64,000 bases of DNA from a bacterium (lineage in GTDB: Bacteria; SAR324; XYD2-FULL-50-16): contig JAVVEA010000006.1 in assembly GCA_032250835.1 (NCBI GenBank), positions 86,049-150,048 on the forward strand, written 5' to 3'. The notes under the pieces are model-generated. The model did not search any database, was not told the origin of the DNA, and worked only from the letters and a program-made list of their open reading frames with translations. This document shows, piece after piece, positions 41,712 through 51,977 of this stretch. Made by a program: the position numbers and the translations under genes. Every line of letters begins with the position of its first letter. The first letter of the stretch is position 1.

Positions 41712-42323
41712 TTACTTAAAGTCCTTTTTGGCCACATGGGCTCCGTTGCAGAAGGGTTTGTTTTTGGAGCGGCCACAGCGGCAGAGGGCGCTTCGGTTGT
41801 TGGGTTGGCCCGGGCGGAGTTCAAATCCCAGGGCCTCATATTCTTGATGCACCCGGATTTCGGCTCCCTCAAAGATTTCTAATGCCGGCGACTTGATCCT
41901 CTGCGGAGGGGGCAATATCTCCTCCTTAGCTTCAAAGCGCAAGGCCCCAGAGGGGCAATTCATCACCACCTGGGCGATTTCGGCGGCAGTGGCCTGGGTG
42001 TTGTCTTCGGGCTCGCGTAGGCGTAGTTCATCTAGCGGGCGGCAGTAGAGCACATGGGTGCAGATGTTGGGGTCGAAGGTGGTGGAAATCCCTTTGCCTT
42101 GCCAGACTTTGAGCGGCTTGGGTTCTGTTTGGCTGGCGCTGCCGTCAAAGCCAACTTTTTTGTGGGTGCCGTCGCAGTAAGGCGGGGTCGAGGTTTCGCC
42201 GCAGCGGCAAAGAAAGACTTCTTCAGCCGGTTCTAAGCTCTGGCCAGCAAAACTTAGGCTCTTTAGGTGGGTTACCTTGAAAGGGCCATTTTTAAAGGCT
42301 TCAATGGTTAGTTTTTTAGACAT
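41712..42323 (-). CDS. CDGSH iron-sulfur domain protein with central ferredoxin-like domain
   Basis: LCRCGETSTPPYCDGTH; CTHVLYC...CPSGAL; LCRCGRSKNKPFCNGAH. Confidence 0.88.
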   Translation of the reverse strand: MSKKLTIEAFKNGPFKVTHLKSLSFAGQSLEPAEEVFLCRCGETSTPPYCDGTHKKVGFDGSASQTEPKPLKVWQGKGISTTFDPNICTHVLYCRPLDELRLREPEDNTQATAAEIAQVVMNCPSGALRFEAKEEILPPPQRIKSPALEIFEGAEIRVHQEYEALGFELRPGQPNNRSALCRCGRSKNKPFCNGAHVAKKDFK

Positions 42324-42464
42324 CGGGACTCCAAAGGAAAAGGTCAAAAGCAGAGCCTTTAGATTAACCTATCCGGTCAGGACTTTACAAGTTTGTTTTT
42401 GGCTTTCCGGCGAGCACAGAGGGCGGGAACCCTACCCGGAAGCCGCCGGGCAGGGGAAGGAGAG

Positions 42465-42908
42465 TTAAACCATGGTTTCCATGGCCTTCATCTTGTCGAA
42501 GTGGGTCTGCTTGAGCAAAACAAGGTCGCTCAAGTCGGTGCCCAACATCTCTTGCAAGACTTCACAGCGGTCGATGGTTTCTTGCTCAAAGGCTTCGGAA
42601 AGATGGATCACTTCGGCTCGGTTGGCCCCGTGTCCCGTGCGGATGCCCATCAGTTCGGCAGGGACTGGGCGGACCCAACGTTCATAAAGGGTTTCGGACA
42701 TAGCGATCTTCTTGCCAGCGCTGTAAAAGTCACGCAAACCCGAAAGGCGGGTGCGCGCATGGAGCTCATCTTCGCGGAAAAGTTCCAGGTAGTCGTGCAT
42801 CGGCGATTCTACATCCCAGTTCCGGGCACTGCTGGCGTAGAACTCGATGCCTGTCTGTTCCAAGTCGATCGCTTTACGGAGGATCTCGTCAATCATCAGG
42901 GATTTCAT
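42465..42908 (-). CDS. Ferritin/rubrerythrin-like hypothetical protein
   Basis: ILRKAIDLEQTGIEFY...EDELHA first half-site; second half degenerate. Confidence 0.6.
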   Translation of the reverse strand: MKSLMIDEILRKAIDLEQTGIEFYASSARNWDVESPMHDYLELFREDELHARTRLSGLRDFYSAGKKIAMSETLYERWVRPVPAELMGIRTGHGANRAEVIHLSEAFEQETIDRCEVLQEMLGTDLSDLVLLKQTHFDKMKAMETMV

Positions 42909-43284
42909 GGATGTTCCTTGGTTGCCTCCATGAGGTGGGGCCAAAAGGGCAGAACCGGCGGAGGCGGTTGGTATAGGGGGCTTTTAAGGCCAGTGGGCAA
43001 GCGCCCACAAAGTGGAGGTCTCAAAGCCTGTCTATCTCGGACTTTCAGTATAACAGCTTTGCTGGTCGGATTCAAAAGATTCTTTGGATTGAGAGCCCAG
43101 TGCGGGAGTTATCTCGCCTAGGCGACCCGCAAGCTGGGCAAGCGAGGGTAAGTGGGGGAGGTCGGGGCTAGAACCGTCAATCAAGCGGTTTTTTCGAGAA
43201 GCTTTTCCGGGCGCAGCGGATTTCTGGTTTTACACCCGCTCAAGACAATAACTTAGAGCTACAGGAGCCACCAACCAGAACCTC

Positions 43285-44388
43285 CTATTTTTTAGGGCTA
43301 TTGATGGGCGTCAAAGCCATACTGGCTTCTTCGAAGAGTTGATCCAGTTGGTCTAACCCTAAAGTTAGGTCCGACACCGTGGGGTCAAATTTCTGGATCA
43401 CGGCTAGTTGAAGTTCTTCTAAATCCATCCCTGGGCGGTATAGTCCATGTCTCTTGGCTTCTCGTTCGATCCTCTTGCGTCGGCCATCGCGTTTGAGAAG
43501 TAGGTATTGGTGCCAAATCCACTGTGGCAGCGGCAGCAACAAAGTGCCTACCAAATTGCGTTCAAAGGATAGCCAAAGAAATAATAAAAACCAAAAAAGG
43601 GCGTCGAAGGCTTGTTCAATCCAATATTGTTTAGCCCAACCTTCGGTTTGGGCGTCCACTTGGGCCTGCAAGGCGCGGATGTCTTGATGGGTCAAGGGGT
43701 GATCAAAAAAGGCTGCGAGCGGGACCACCGCTTCAGCGGAGGTCTCCGGCTTTTGTCCTTTGCCAAGAGCAATGTGAACCGAGGGCTGGTATAGGCCCGC
43801 AGGGATAAAATCGGATTCTTTGACCAGCTGAGCATCAAGGTAGAACCTGTGCTTACGTTGGGCTGCGTCGACGACCGAGGCGATCCAAAGATCATTCGAA
43901 ACCGACAAACTTTGGTCCGGTGCCCAAAATCCACCAGTGCTTCCAGAGTAATGCAAAGTCATCCGGTCTGAATTGAACCACAATGAATTTGAGGGGCCCG
44001 TTCCTTCTGTGTTGGGAGCAAACATTAAGTTGTGGAAGGACACCGTCGAGAGCCCCAGCAACTGCCGCCTGGCGTCCAGCAGACGGATTTTCATCAAGAT
44101 GGTTTCCCCGGCTGGTTCGGGCTTCGGCTCGGCGATCAGGGGGAAGTGATTTTTTTCCGATTGCGAGTCAAGATAGATCCCCTGAACTCCATCCAATTGC
44201 ACGATACTTTGCGCGTTCTGGGTTCCTGTGTGGTTTGAACCGGACCAAGAATAGTAGGCGGCCTGTTTTAACCGAGGCGGGACTTCTAGGGGAGCCACAG
44301 GAAAAAACAGCGGCAGCCAATTGGGGGATAGCTTGAATAGGGCGACAAGTACCAGCAGAGCAGGCAAAAAGATTCTAATTAACTTCAT
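43285..44388 (-). CDS. Membrane protein with LamG/ConA-like domain
   Basis: N-terminal TM; beta-rich region with WIASVVD..RFYLDAQLV..FFDHPLT.QDI; C-terminal TM. Confidence 0.55.
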   Translation of the reverse strand: MKLIRIFLPALLVLVALFKLSPNWLPLFFPVAPLEVPPRLKQAAYYSWSGSNHTGTQNAQSIVQLDGVQGIYLDSQSEKNHFPLIAEPKPEPAGETILMKIRLLDARRQLLGLSTVSFHNLMFAPNTEGTGPSNSLWFNSDRMTLHYSGSTGGFWAPDQSLSVSNDLWIASVVDAAQRKHRFYLDAQLVKESDFIPAGLYQPSVHIALGKGQKPETSAEAVVPLAAFFDHPLTHQDIRALQAQVDAQTEGWAKQYWIEQAFDALFWFLLFLWLSFERNLVGTLLLPLPQWIWHQYLLLKRDGRRKRIEREAKRHGLYRPGMDLEELQLAVIQKFDPTVSDLTLGLDQLDQLFEEASMALTPINSPKK

Positions 44389-46373
44389 GGTTGGTCTAGG
44401 AGAGGTTGTTCACGTACCCATAAGACGCAGCATTCGGTATCAGCGATTTTTCGGTAACCTTGGGGGTCCAGCAGGCTTCCACTACCCGGGTGCAAGCGCT
44501 TGATACTTAATATGGCGGCCACTTGGTTCTCCTCCAAAAAACGTTGGCTTTCTGCTGGTGCCAACTGCCCGCTATAAAAGGCGTTGGCCTCGTCAATTTT
44601 CTGGTGATAAAGTTCAGGGGCTTGGTTGATGGCACCCAACTCATATAGACTGGAAACTACAGCGCGCCGCGCCGCCAAGGACCCGAAAGACCACATATCC
44701 CGAACCAAATAATAGTCATGCAACACAACAGCATCGCGAGGAGTCCTCTGCCGGATTAATTCGTAGATTTTTAGTTCATCTGGAGAGGGACGCGTCGAAT
44801 TTGGTGAGCCCTTATAAACGGCTAGGTCATGGTATCCGTAAAGGCTGTACGCACCCAGGGTCAACGTTGCTAAAAATAAGGAGGTCCCCAACCGGGTGCC
44901 TCCTCGATAGGCCTGAGACAGCCTACGCAGGGCCAATACGGTAAAAACCCAAGAACCAAAGATCAAAAAATAGATGATCGATCCTTGGGAAAGATCAAAT
45001 TCATAGAGCGTGAAGACCAGCGTTCCAACCAAGCCGATAAAGATGAGGCTGGCCTGTAGCCGATTGGTTTCTAGCTCGCGTGGCAGTCGGCGGGTGAGCG
45101 ACCAACCCAATAGGAAGAGCAAGATCGGTTCTAAGTGAAACAGCCATGGGAACCACAAAACATAAATCCTTTCCCAGCCATCACCGTCAAACCAGGTCAT
45201 CCCGTATTGGGTCGTGATTCTGTGGGCATATTCCGCTATGAACCAATGGCTTGGGTTGAAGTGTAAACTGGCCTGGGCGTGGGGGTTGGGGTTGTAAATG
45301 TTGATGTAATACCAAAACAGGACGCTCGAGGCACTTAGAACACCGGCAAAACCCAATTGTTTGAAAGGGATGCGGCCTTTAATCCAATGGTCAATGCCTG
45401 CAACCGGGATAGCGGCCATTAGGGGCAAAAAAGCGACCAACTTGATTCCCGCCACTAAGGACCCCGTCAAAATGGCCAAAATGAAATAGCTGTACCGATT
45501 GGTCGTATAAAAACGGAAGATGGCCCAAAGGCCAAAAAATAACATGGCCAGGGCAAAGCTATTTTGCAGCAGACCCAAGTTGCCCATTTTTTGCGCTCCA
45601 CCAATCCCCTGAGCGGTGCCAAAAAAAATGAAGGCCAATAGGCTAAACCATCCCGGTGCCTTGCGCGGTTCGTTGATCAAGATCCAAAGACCGATAAAGA
45701 TCAAGACCCAGTTGAGCAAAAAGACATGGTGGAAGTAGGTCACCAGCGTATCGATGCCCGACAATTCCGAAAGGTTGGCAGCCAGCAACTCGGTCAGGTT
45801 GTAGTAGCGGTAATGGTCGTCTGTAAAGACGTGGAATTCTGGGGGCGGATAGGCGACCTTGATCAGCTGGGCGATGGTGGCGCGCTGGTTGTCGTCGTTG
45901 TAATAGTTATCTAGCGGACGGTAGTTGTAGCCGTAAAAAACAGCCAGTACCAAGAGGAAACCCAAAAGGGTGAATAGGTAGCGGATACGGGCGAATTGAG
46001 CAATGAAACGGCCCCACTGCTGCTTAGAAGGACTTGACCGCCAGAGCTGGACCAACCCCAAAACCAAAAAGGCCCCCGGAACCGACCAATAGACCACAAA
46101 GGGCACTCCTAGGGGCTGCAAGGTCATCCGGAAGAAGGCGCTGCTGAATAGATGCCACACCATCCCCCCCGCCAGCCAAGCCGGTAGGTTTTCGATCCTC
46201 CACCAGCGTGGCCCGCAAACATAGGGGGCCAGCAGCATACCTGGGAGCATTACGCTAAGCCAAAAGGTGGCCAGTAGAAGCGCAGAAAAGTCGATTTCTA
46301 GATTCAAGGAATTTAAAATGGCTGAGAAATTTACCGTTTTGCCTCGTTGGAAGCATCGACGAAGTACCGCCAA
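44385..46373 (-). CDS. Polytopic membrane protein, GT-C glycosyltransferase-like
   Basis: About 12 or more TM segments, acidic loop YYNDDN after the first TMs, soluble C-terminal domain TPRDAVVL; start uncertain. Confidence 0.55.
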   Translation of the reverse strand: MAVLRRCFQRGKTVNFSAILNSLNLEIDFSALLLATFWLSVMLPGMLLAPYVCGPRWWRIENLPAWLAGGMVWHLFSSAFFRMTLQPLGVPFVVYWSVPGAFLVLGLVQLWRSSPSKQQWGRFIAQFARIRYLFTLLGFLLVLAVFYGYNYRPLDNYYNDDNQRATIAQLIKVAYPPPEFHVFTDDHYRYYNLTELLAANLSELSGIDTLVTYFHHVFLLNWVLIFIGLWILINEPRKAPGWFSLLAFIFFGTAQGIGGAQKMGNLGLLQNSFALAMLFFGLWAIFRFYTTNRYSYFILAILTGSLVAGIKLVAFLPLMAAIPVAGIDHWIKGRIPFKQLGFAGVLSASSVLFWYYINIYNPNPHAQASLHFNPSHWFIAEYAHRITTQYGMTWFDGDGWERIYVLWFPWLFHLEPILLFLLGWSLTRRLPRELETNRLQASLIFIGLVGTLVFTLYEFDLSQGSIIYFLIFGSWVFTVLALRRLSQAYRGGTRLGTSLFLATLTLGAYSLYGYHDLAVYKGSPNSTRPSPDELKIYELIRQRTPRDAVVLHDYYLVRDMWSFGSLAARRAVVSSLYELGAINQAPELYHQKIDEANAFYSGQLAPAESQRFLEENQVAAILSIKRLHPGSGSLLDPQGYRKIADTECCVLWVREQPLLDQP

Positions 46374-46736
46374 ATGTCAATTGATCACCCTCCTTGAGGG
46401 CCTCTTGGCCGGGTTGTAACCGGCTTTTTAGTGCCTGTTTTCTTATGCTTTTTTTTGGTTATTAAACGCGGAATAGTCTGAAGGGGTCGTTGTTCTGCAG
46501 GATTGGTTGGGGTTTTGAGGGGCATCGTTGGGGTTCTTCTCCTGCCGATCAATCAACGGCACTAGACTATGGGAGACTAGGGAGGGCGCGCTTGAAGGGT
46601 GCGACGGATGGCGCAAAAGGGACCTGAGTGCCCGCAACTACTTGGCTGGGCATTCGGGGGCAGTTTCGCTGGGCGGGGAACTCTCGAATCAAACCCAAAA
46701 GGGTTTAGGTCGGGAGTTGGGACTAGGTTTTAACCG

Positions 46737-46925
46737 TCAGTTAGCCGCCGTGCCTCGCTTGGAGGCGATCAGCTTTTTGCGGACGGCGATCATTTTTTCA
46801 ATCCCTTGCTTGATCTGGGCGCTGCCCAAACCGGCGAGGTCTTGTAAAATCCGCTTCAGACGGTTGATTTCGTCGGATAGTGAATTGGAGCTATCCATTT
46901 GAGGGGAGTTCGCAGGATCATTCAT
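46737..46925 (-). CDS. Small hypothetical coiled-coil protein
   Basis: 62-aa ORF with AAAGG upstream and helical heptads; no family recognised. Confidence 0.35.
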   Translation of the reverse strand: MNDPANSPQMDSSNSLSDEINRLKRILQDLAGLGSAQIKQGIEKMIAVRKKLIASKRGTAAN

Positions 46926-47421
46926 CGGTACCTTTCAACCATTCAGGTGATTCCAACGGGCGCTTATTGAAGCAATAGGGCCAAAGTCTCGGGTGGAGGA
47001 AACTTCCAAAGGAATGAATTTGAGGAGGTTTGGGCGATAAAGTTCGCGGTTTTTACCCAAGGCTTAGTCAAATAATAACTTTCCTAAACCTCAATTTCAA
47101 ATAAAAAATGAAACTATAATCTCCCTACATCCAATAGGGATAGTTGCTTAGACGGGATGGTCTGGGTTTTATTGGGCTATTGCTAAGCGGAGGAAAATGA
47201 TATCAAGCTTTAAGGTTGACCTTGCCGACTTTTTTTACGCGGGCAGCTTGAGCGGCTTTTGGCTCCATCGCAGGTCCATCTAGCGGGGCCGTAGAAGGCA
47301 CTAAGGTAAGTGCGGCCTTAGTTTTTGCTGGTTGAGGTAAATAGACCGGTGGGGCAGCAGCGCTTGGTCGAGCCAGGCTGAATTAAGAACTCTGGCAGGA
47401 ACCGCAGCGGCAAGCCTAGAC

Positions 47422-50160
47422 CTAGGGCCAAGGAACCTGTACTTCAGACACCCAGACTTGGTTGGATTCGATTTTAATCTTAAAGGGTTTCGGCGGTTTT
47501 TTGCGGTCCACTAGCTCCAATAAGTAATCCCCGGCCGCTAGCTTTTCAAAAACAAAAAATCCGTCTGACTCAACTTCGACCCGTTCTACTTCGATTTGCT
47601 CCGGCAGCTGCAACGCGCGGATCTGAGTGTTTTCTGGGATCACTTGGTTAGAGACCACCATGCCGTCCAGGCCGACGGTAGGCACCAGCTTGGGGTTGTA
47701 TTGGATCTGGGTACTGGGCCTAAAGACTACCCAGGTACCGCTAGACTTTGGTGCCATCCCCACGTCTAAGGAGCTAGGGTCCACCTCGACCCGAATCCGT
47801 TGGTGTACCGGCAAGCCGGTGATCATAAACTCCCCCTTTGAGTCGGTGACCCCCGATTGACCGCCCGCCTTTACCGAAACGGCCTCGACCGGTACCGGTT
47901 CGCCGCCGTCAACGGGTTCGGTGGTGACCTTTCCGCTTAAGGTGCCCTTGGCAAAGTCCTGGTAGCGGATCGGGCCATTTTCTGGGGCCCAGACCCCGCC
48001 GTAACGTGCGCGCAGTGAGCCGCCCTGACTGCTAGATTGCGCGACAGTGGTGACACCCTGGTAGGGGCGGTAGGTCAACTGCGCGGTAAACCATAAATCC
48101 CCGGAGTCTTTGTAGGTAGAAGAGGCAGAAAAGTCCAAGGGGAGGTCGAACCACAAGGGGTAGCGGTAACTCAGGTTGGTTTCTGGGTCGGTTTGGTTCC
48201 AGTTATGCTCAAGGTGCAGGTTGTGTTTTCCCGAAAGCACATCTGCCCCTAGACCAAAACTTTCGATCCGCTGCCCCAACTTGAAGACTTCAAGTTGGCG
48301 GTTGTAGGTGAGCGATAAGATGGGGTTTACATGCCTTCTTAAGCTCATGCTTTTGAGGTTCGAGAAGTCGTTGTCCCTTATCTCGCCGCGCCAATACCAA
48401 CGGCCCCAGCCGAATTGATGCAAAAGAGACTGGTACCCAACGCTTTGGTCTTCGGGCCGGTAGAAGTAATGAAAGGGGCTGCCTTCTTCTATATTACGCC
48501 AAATCATGCGGAAATAATGGGGTTGCAGCTGGGTGAAGTCCGCCTGAACGCCTAAGTTGGAGGCTTGGTTTGCCTGGGCCCATTCGGTGGTCAGCGTCAA
48601 TCCGTAGGTCGGCTTCCAAGAGAAATGAGGCATCAGTACCGGTTCGGCGGTGGCCTCCTCGGGCAGGCTAAAGGCGGTTCCCCCTATGGTTAGGTTGGAC
48701 AAAAGCCCATAGTCTAATTGTAATTTACTGTAGCGGCCATAGGTGGTTTCACCAGAAAAAAGGGCGGCGTCCCAGTCTCGGTTTAACAAAAGGGCCCCCT
48801 CGTCGTCAGCAATCTGGCGCACTTCTTCGCGGCTCGAACCGTCGGGGTAATAAAAGACCAGTCTCAACTGGTCTCCCCCCTTATAGGTGACCTGTTCAAA
48901 GGTATAAGAGCCGTCCGCTCCAACCTGGGTGTGGGCGATAAAAAAACCGTTGATCAAAAGATCTACCTCGCTGCCCGGTAGGCTTTGCCCGCGGATCGAG
49001 CTTTGCTCTTGGGCCGACTGGCCTTCGGGCTTGTGTTTTAGGTGTAGCGATTTGGTGGATAAGAGGTTGGGGAACAAAATCCCGCCTTTAGCGAGCAGGT
49101 CGCCGCCTTCAATCAGGCCCAACGGCTCCTCACTCTGCCTCCGGTAGCTCCAAACCAACTGGTTGCTGTCTTGGGCCGGAATCGTCCCGGTGGCTTCTTC
49201 TTGTTGATAACTACCGGAAACCAAAAACTGACCCTTTAATAGATCGCTGCTTAATTCGTAGCCAAACTGGTTGATTCCGCGCTCTTCACGGGTGAAGTAC
49301 TCGCGGTTTAGGTCGTAACGAAACTCGGTCCGGCCATAAGATTCGGGCGTCAGAGCCGGAGCTTCGGCGGCCGCTTCTCGCTGTTGGCGTTCTTGCTCTT
49401 GGACGGTCCGCAAGCGTTTTCGATTTGCCGTTTGCTCGGCAATGAGGGGGTAATCGGGGTTTATGTTGAGTTGATACGTTTCTAGGTTCCAGGCTGCATT
49501 GAGCGGCAGCCACAAAGGGAGTTGGTCGTATCGCAGCCAAAGCTTATCTTCTTTTACCGCTAAGGTTTTTGGTGCCAAGCGGACGGGCTCGCCCAGTGAA
49601 CCGCCCATTTTTAGACTATCCCCGTCGATAAAAAAGGATTGGTTGAGTACATGTAACTTAGCTTGGCATCGTCTCGGGCCGGGCTGGCAAGCGGGGACCA
49701 AATCTAACCAGTCCTTCATCAATCCTTCAAGCTCCAGATAGGGGCGTTCGTCCGGGCCAAACATCACCCGGTAAAAGGAACTGCCCTTACTTTTTTTGAT
49801 CTTTAGGGCGATGAATCCTTCGGTTAATTCGGGGTCGCTATAAGAAAGCCCGACCTGAAAGTCGATCCGCCCACGCGCCGGCTCACCTGAAGCGTCTTGG
49901 GCTTCAAAAATAAGGTAGTCCGTTCCTTGGAAGCCGGGGTCTGGCTGGTAGATAAGGTCTGGGAGGGTTCCGCTGATTTGCCCGCGCTGGGGGGCTTCGA
50001 CTACGCTAAACCGGAGTGGAGCCCCGGTGGACGAACTGGCCTTTAAGCTGAACCGGGTCGCTTCATTGGCGCGGGTGAGGTAGTGGCCATTTTCGGTTAA
50101 CGTTTCGGCCTGAAGGGTCATCGAGAAAAGGCAACAAAACCCGATCAGGAGCCACCGCAT
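47422..50160 (-). CDS. Usher-like outer-membrane fimbrial assembly protein with N-terminal Ig-like domain
   Basis: Signal peptide; PQRGQISG...YQPDPGFQGTD Ig-like motif; plug-like GQSLPGSEVDLLING...GSYTF; barrel strands; C-terminal TDSKGEF/ESDGFFVF modules. Confidence 0.7.
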   Translation of the reverse strand: MRWLLIGFCCLFSMTLQAETLTENGHYLTRANEATRFSLKASSSTGAPLRFSVVEAPQRGQISGTLPDLIYQPDPGFQGTDYLIFEAQDASGEPARGRIDFQVGLSYSDPELTEGFIALKIKKSKGSSFYRVMFGPDERPYLELEGLMKDWLDLVPACQPGPRRCQAKLHVLNQSFFIDGDSLKMGGSLGEPVRLAPKTLAVKEDKLWLRYDQLPLWLPLNAAWNLETYQLNINPDYPLIAEQTANRKRLRTVQEQERQQREAAAEAPALTPESYGRTEFRYDLNREYFTREERGINQFGYELSSDLLKGQFLVSGSYQQEEATGTIPAQDSNQLVWSYRRQSEEPLGLIEGGDLLAKGGILFPNLLSTKSLHLKHKPEGQSAQEQSSIRGQSLPGSEVDLLINGFFIAHTQVGADGSYTFEQVTYKGGDQLRLVFYYPDGSSREEVRQIADDEGALLLNRDWDAALFSGETTYGRYSKLQLDYGLLSNLTIGGTAFSLPEEATAEPVLMPHFSWKPTYGLTLTTEWAQANQASNLGVQADFTQLQPHYFRMIWRNIEEGSPFHYFYRPEDQSVGYQSLLHQFGWGRWYWRGEIRDNDFSNLKSMSLRRHVNPILSLTYNRQLEVFKLGQRIESFGLGADVLSGKHNLHLEHNWNQTDPETNLSYRYPLWFDLPLDFSASSTYKDSGDLWFTAQLTYRPYQGVTTVAQSSSQGGSLRARYGGVWAPENGPIRYQDFAKGTLSGKVTTEPVDGGEPVPVEAVSVKAGGQSGVTDSKGEFMITGLPVHQRIRVEVDPSSLDVGMAPKSSGTWVVFRPSTQIQYNPKLVPTVGLDGMVVSNQVIPENTQIRALQLPEQIEVERVEVESDGFFVFEKLAAGDYLLELVDRKKPPKPFKIKIESNQVWVSEVQVPWP

Positions 50161-50946
50161 TTAGGGAACCTGACAGCTGGCCGAACCGTCGGTTAGTTGA
50201 TCCTGTTGGGGACCCCATTGGAGGGTGATGGATTGAGGATATGGGGGGTTCAAGATCAGTTCTTTGACGCTTTCTCGCTGGGCAACTAGCCGCATGAAAA
50301 AGGGCTTGGCCGTCCCGGATGGATCGATCAATCCGGCCCACCCATTATAACGCCAAGGGGTTGGGTTCTTTAGGTTGATCACCAGTTGGCCCTGGGCGTT
50401 TTTGGCGCAAGTCCAGGCTAATTCGGGTTTGGCCTTGCCCCGCCGTGCGTAGACCGCTAGGGCGCTTTCTAGGCTGGTGGTCAGTTTGATTTGGACCCCC
50501 TGGCCCGCACCGCCGCCCTCTTCGGGCCCCTCAGCACTGCCTAAAGTTTGCACCAGCAGGTGGGCGCGGTAGTCGCCCGGAGCGTCGCCCGCCCCTTTTT
50601 TAAGGGAGACTCGAACGTTACGCTTCTGGCCTGGTTTTAAAGAGAATACCCTGGGGCTGGCCAAGATGAACTTGGTTAGGTTGTCGTCGGTAATCTGGGC
50701 GGCGTCGATCGGCTTACCGGCCGCTAAAAAGCGGGAGTCCACCGCATAGTATACGGGACGAACGATCAGGCGAATCCGCTGATCCCCGTCGTTGGTGACT
50801 AAAAAAGTTTGGGTTTGTATATTCTCTAGGTCAAACTCAATCACCCCCGGTGCCACCGCAAAGTGTGCTGCGCTAAAGGCCTGCCAAGGAAACAGCAATA
50901 GAAATAATAAGCTAAGCCATAGGGGAGACCATTTAATCGTCTTCAA
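50161..50946 (-). CDS. Periplasmic pilus chaperone-like protein
   Basis: Signal peptide; VAPGVIEF, VTNDGD, SPRVFSLKPGQKRNVRV, GDYRAHLLV, NPTP. Confidence 0.8.
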   Translation of the reverse strand: MKTIKWSPLWLSLLFLLLFPWQAFSAAHFAVAPGVIEFDLENIQTQTFLVTNDGDQRIRLIVRPVYYAVDSRFLAAGKPIDAAQITDDNLTKFILASPRVFSLKPGQKRNVRVSLKKGAGDAPGDYRAHLLVQTLGSAEGPEEGGGAGQGVQIKLTTSLESALAVYARRGKAKPELAWTCAKNAQGQLVINLKNPTPWRYNGWAGLIDPSGTAKPFFMRLVAQRESVKELILNPPYPQSITLQWGPQQDQLTDGSASCQVP

Positions 50947-51415
50947 CTTCTACCTCTAAACGCAACTGCCCCACATAGGTTCCGCTAGCACTTAGAGGGG
51001 GAATGGCCACCGTCCCGCCAATGCGGACATTGTTTAGCTCGCCTTTGGCGTCTAGCCGGGCGGTAGCTTGGCCGCCTCGGTCGGTGACCGAACCACCGAA
51101 AACCACTTGGTTGAGCTCAATGCGCGCCCCGCCATTTTTCAGTTGGACCTCACTCCGGGGCTTTACGCTCAAGGCTACCAATCGATTCGGTTCGCCCGTC
51201 ACGATGAAGACTGCGGCCCCTGAATCTTCGGCAGAGATGGTAACGGTTTGGGCGGTGCTAGCGGCCATCACGTTGCCGAACCTCAGCGAGGCTTGCTCTT
51301 CGATTTGACTCTTTTTACTCCCGGCAAAAATGTCCGCAGGCAACAAGAGGAGCGCCGCGAACAAAGAAAGGCCAAGGAAAAGGGAGAATCGAAACAGAGA
51401 TAGGTCAAACTTCAT
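50933..51415 (-). CDS. DUF4402-like pilin subunit (minor)
   Basis: Signal peptide; LRFGNV, VTGEPN, IGGTV, SGTYVGQL.LEV. Confidence 0.75.
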   Translation of the reverse strand: MKFDLSLFRFSLFLGLSLFAALLLLPADIFAGSKKSQIEEQASLRFGNVMAASTAQTVTISAEDSGAAVFIVTGEPNRLVALSVKPRSEVQLKNGGARIELNQVVFGGSVTDRGGQATARLDAKGELNNVRIGGTVAIPPLSASGTYVGQLRLEVEVEDD

Positions 51416-51453
51416 CGGGAGTCCGAGCGTGAAGTTTTGGGGAGGGGCCAATC

Positions 51454-51483
51454 GGCCGTCCGGGGAGCATGCCCCGGACGGCC
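51454..51483 (-). terminator. 12-bp GC-rich hairpin between the two pilin genes
   Basis: GGCCGTCCGGGG-agcatg-CCCCGGACGGCC. Confidence 0.7.
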
Positions 51484-51506
51484 TTTTAGTCGGTTCTACA
51501 CTGCGG

Positions 51507-51977
51507 TTACTGATAGACCACACGCAGGGTCAGGTTGCCCGAATAGGTACCTGACGTAGGGTTGGCCGGTACGGCGGCGGTAGCGCCTACGGTTGCGGCG
51601 TTCAGTTTACCTAAGGCACCCAAGTTAGCGGTACCGTTAGAGGCCAAGGCACCACCGAAAGTGAAGCCGTTTACGGTGATGGTAGTGGCCCCATTGACCA
51701 AAGCCAAGCTGGGTTCAACAATCGTGGCCGTAACAGCCAAGTTGGATTCACCGGCCAGGTTGAAGCTGGCGGCCCCCGGGTCGCTCGGCGCAACCACCAC
51801 GTTTTGGTTGGTCGCCGCGCCGGAGACGGAACCGAAGCTCAAGGCCGAGGTTTCAGTGATGGTGATCGGTGAGAAGATCGTGATCGAGGCCAAGAAAGGC
51901 TCGTCGGTGGCGTAAGCACTCGGTGCCATCACCATCGCAGCCATAAGACCCATCAACAAAGATTTTGAAAAAGTCAT
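51507..51977 (-). CDS. DUF4402-like pilin subunit (major)
   Basis: Signal peptide (AYA); LSFGSV, VGATA, SGTYSGNLTLRVVYQ C-terminal pilin-type strand. Confidence 0.8.
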   Translation of the reverse strand: MTFSKSLLMGLMAAMVMAPSAYATDEPFLASITIFSPITITETSALSFGSVSGAATNQNVVVAPSDPGAASFNLAGESNLAVTATIVEPSLALVNGATTITVNGFTFGGALASNGTANLGALGKLNAATVGATAAVPANPTSGTYSGNLTLRVVYQ

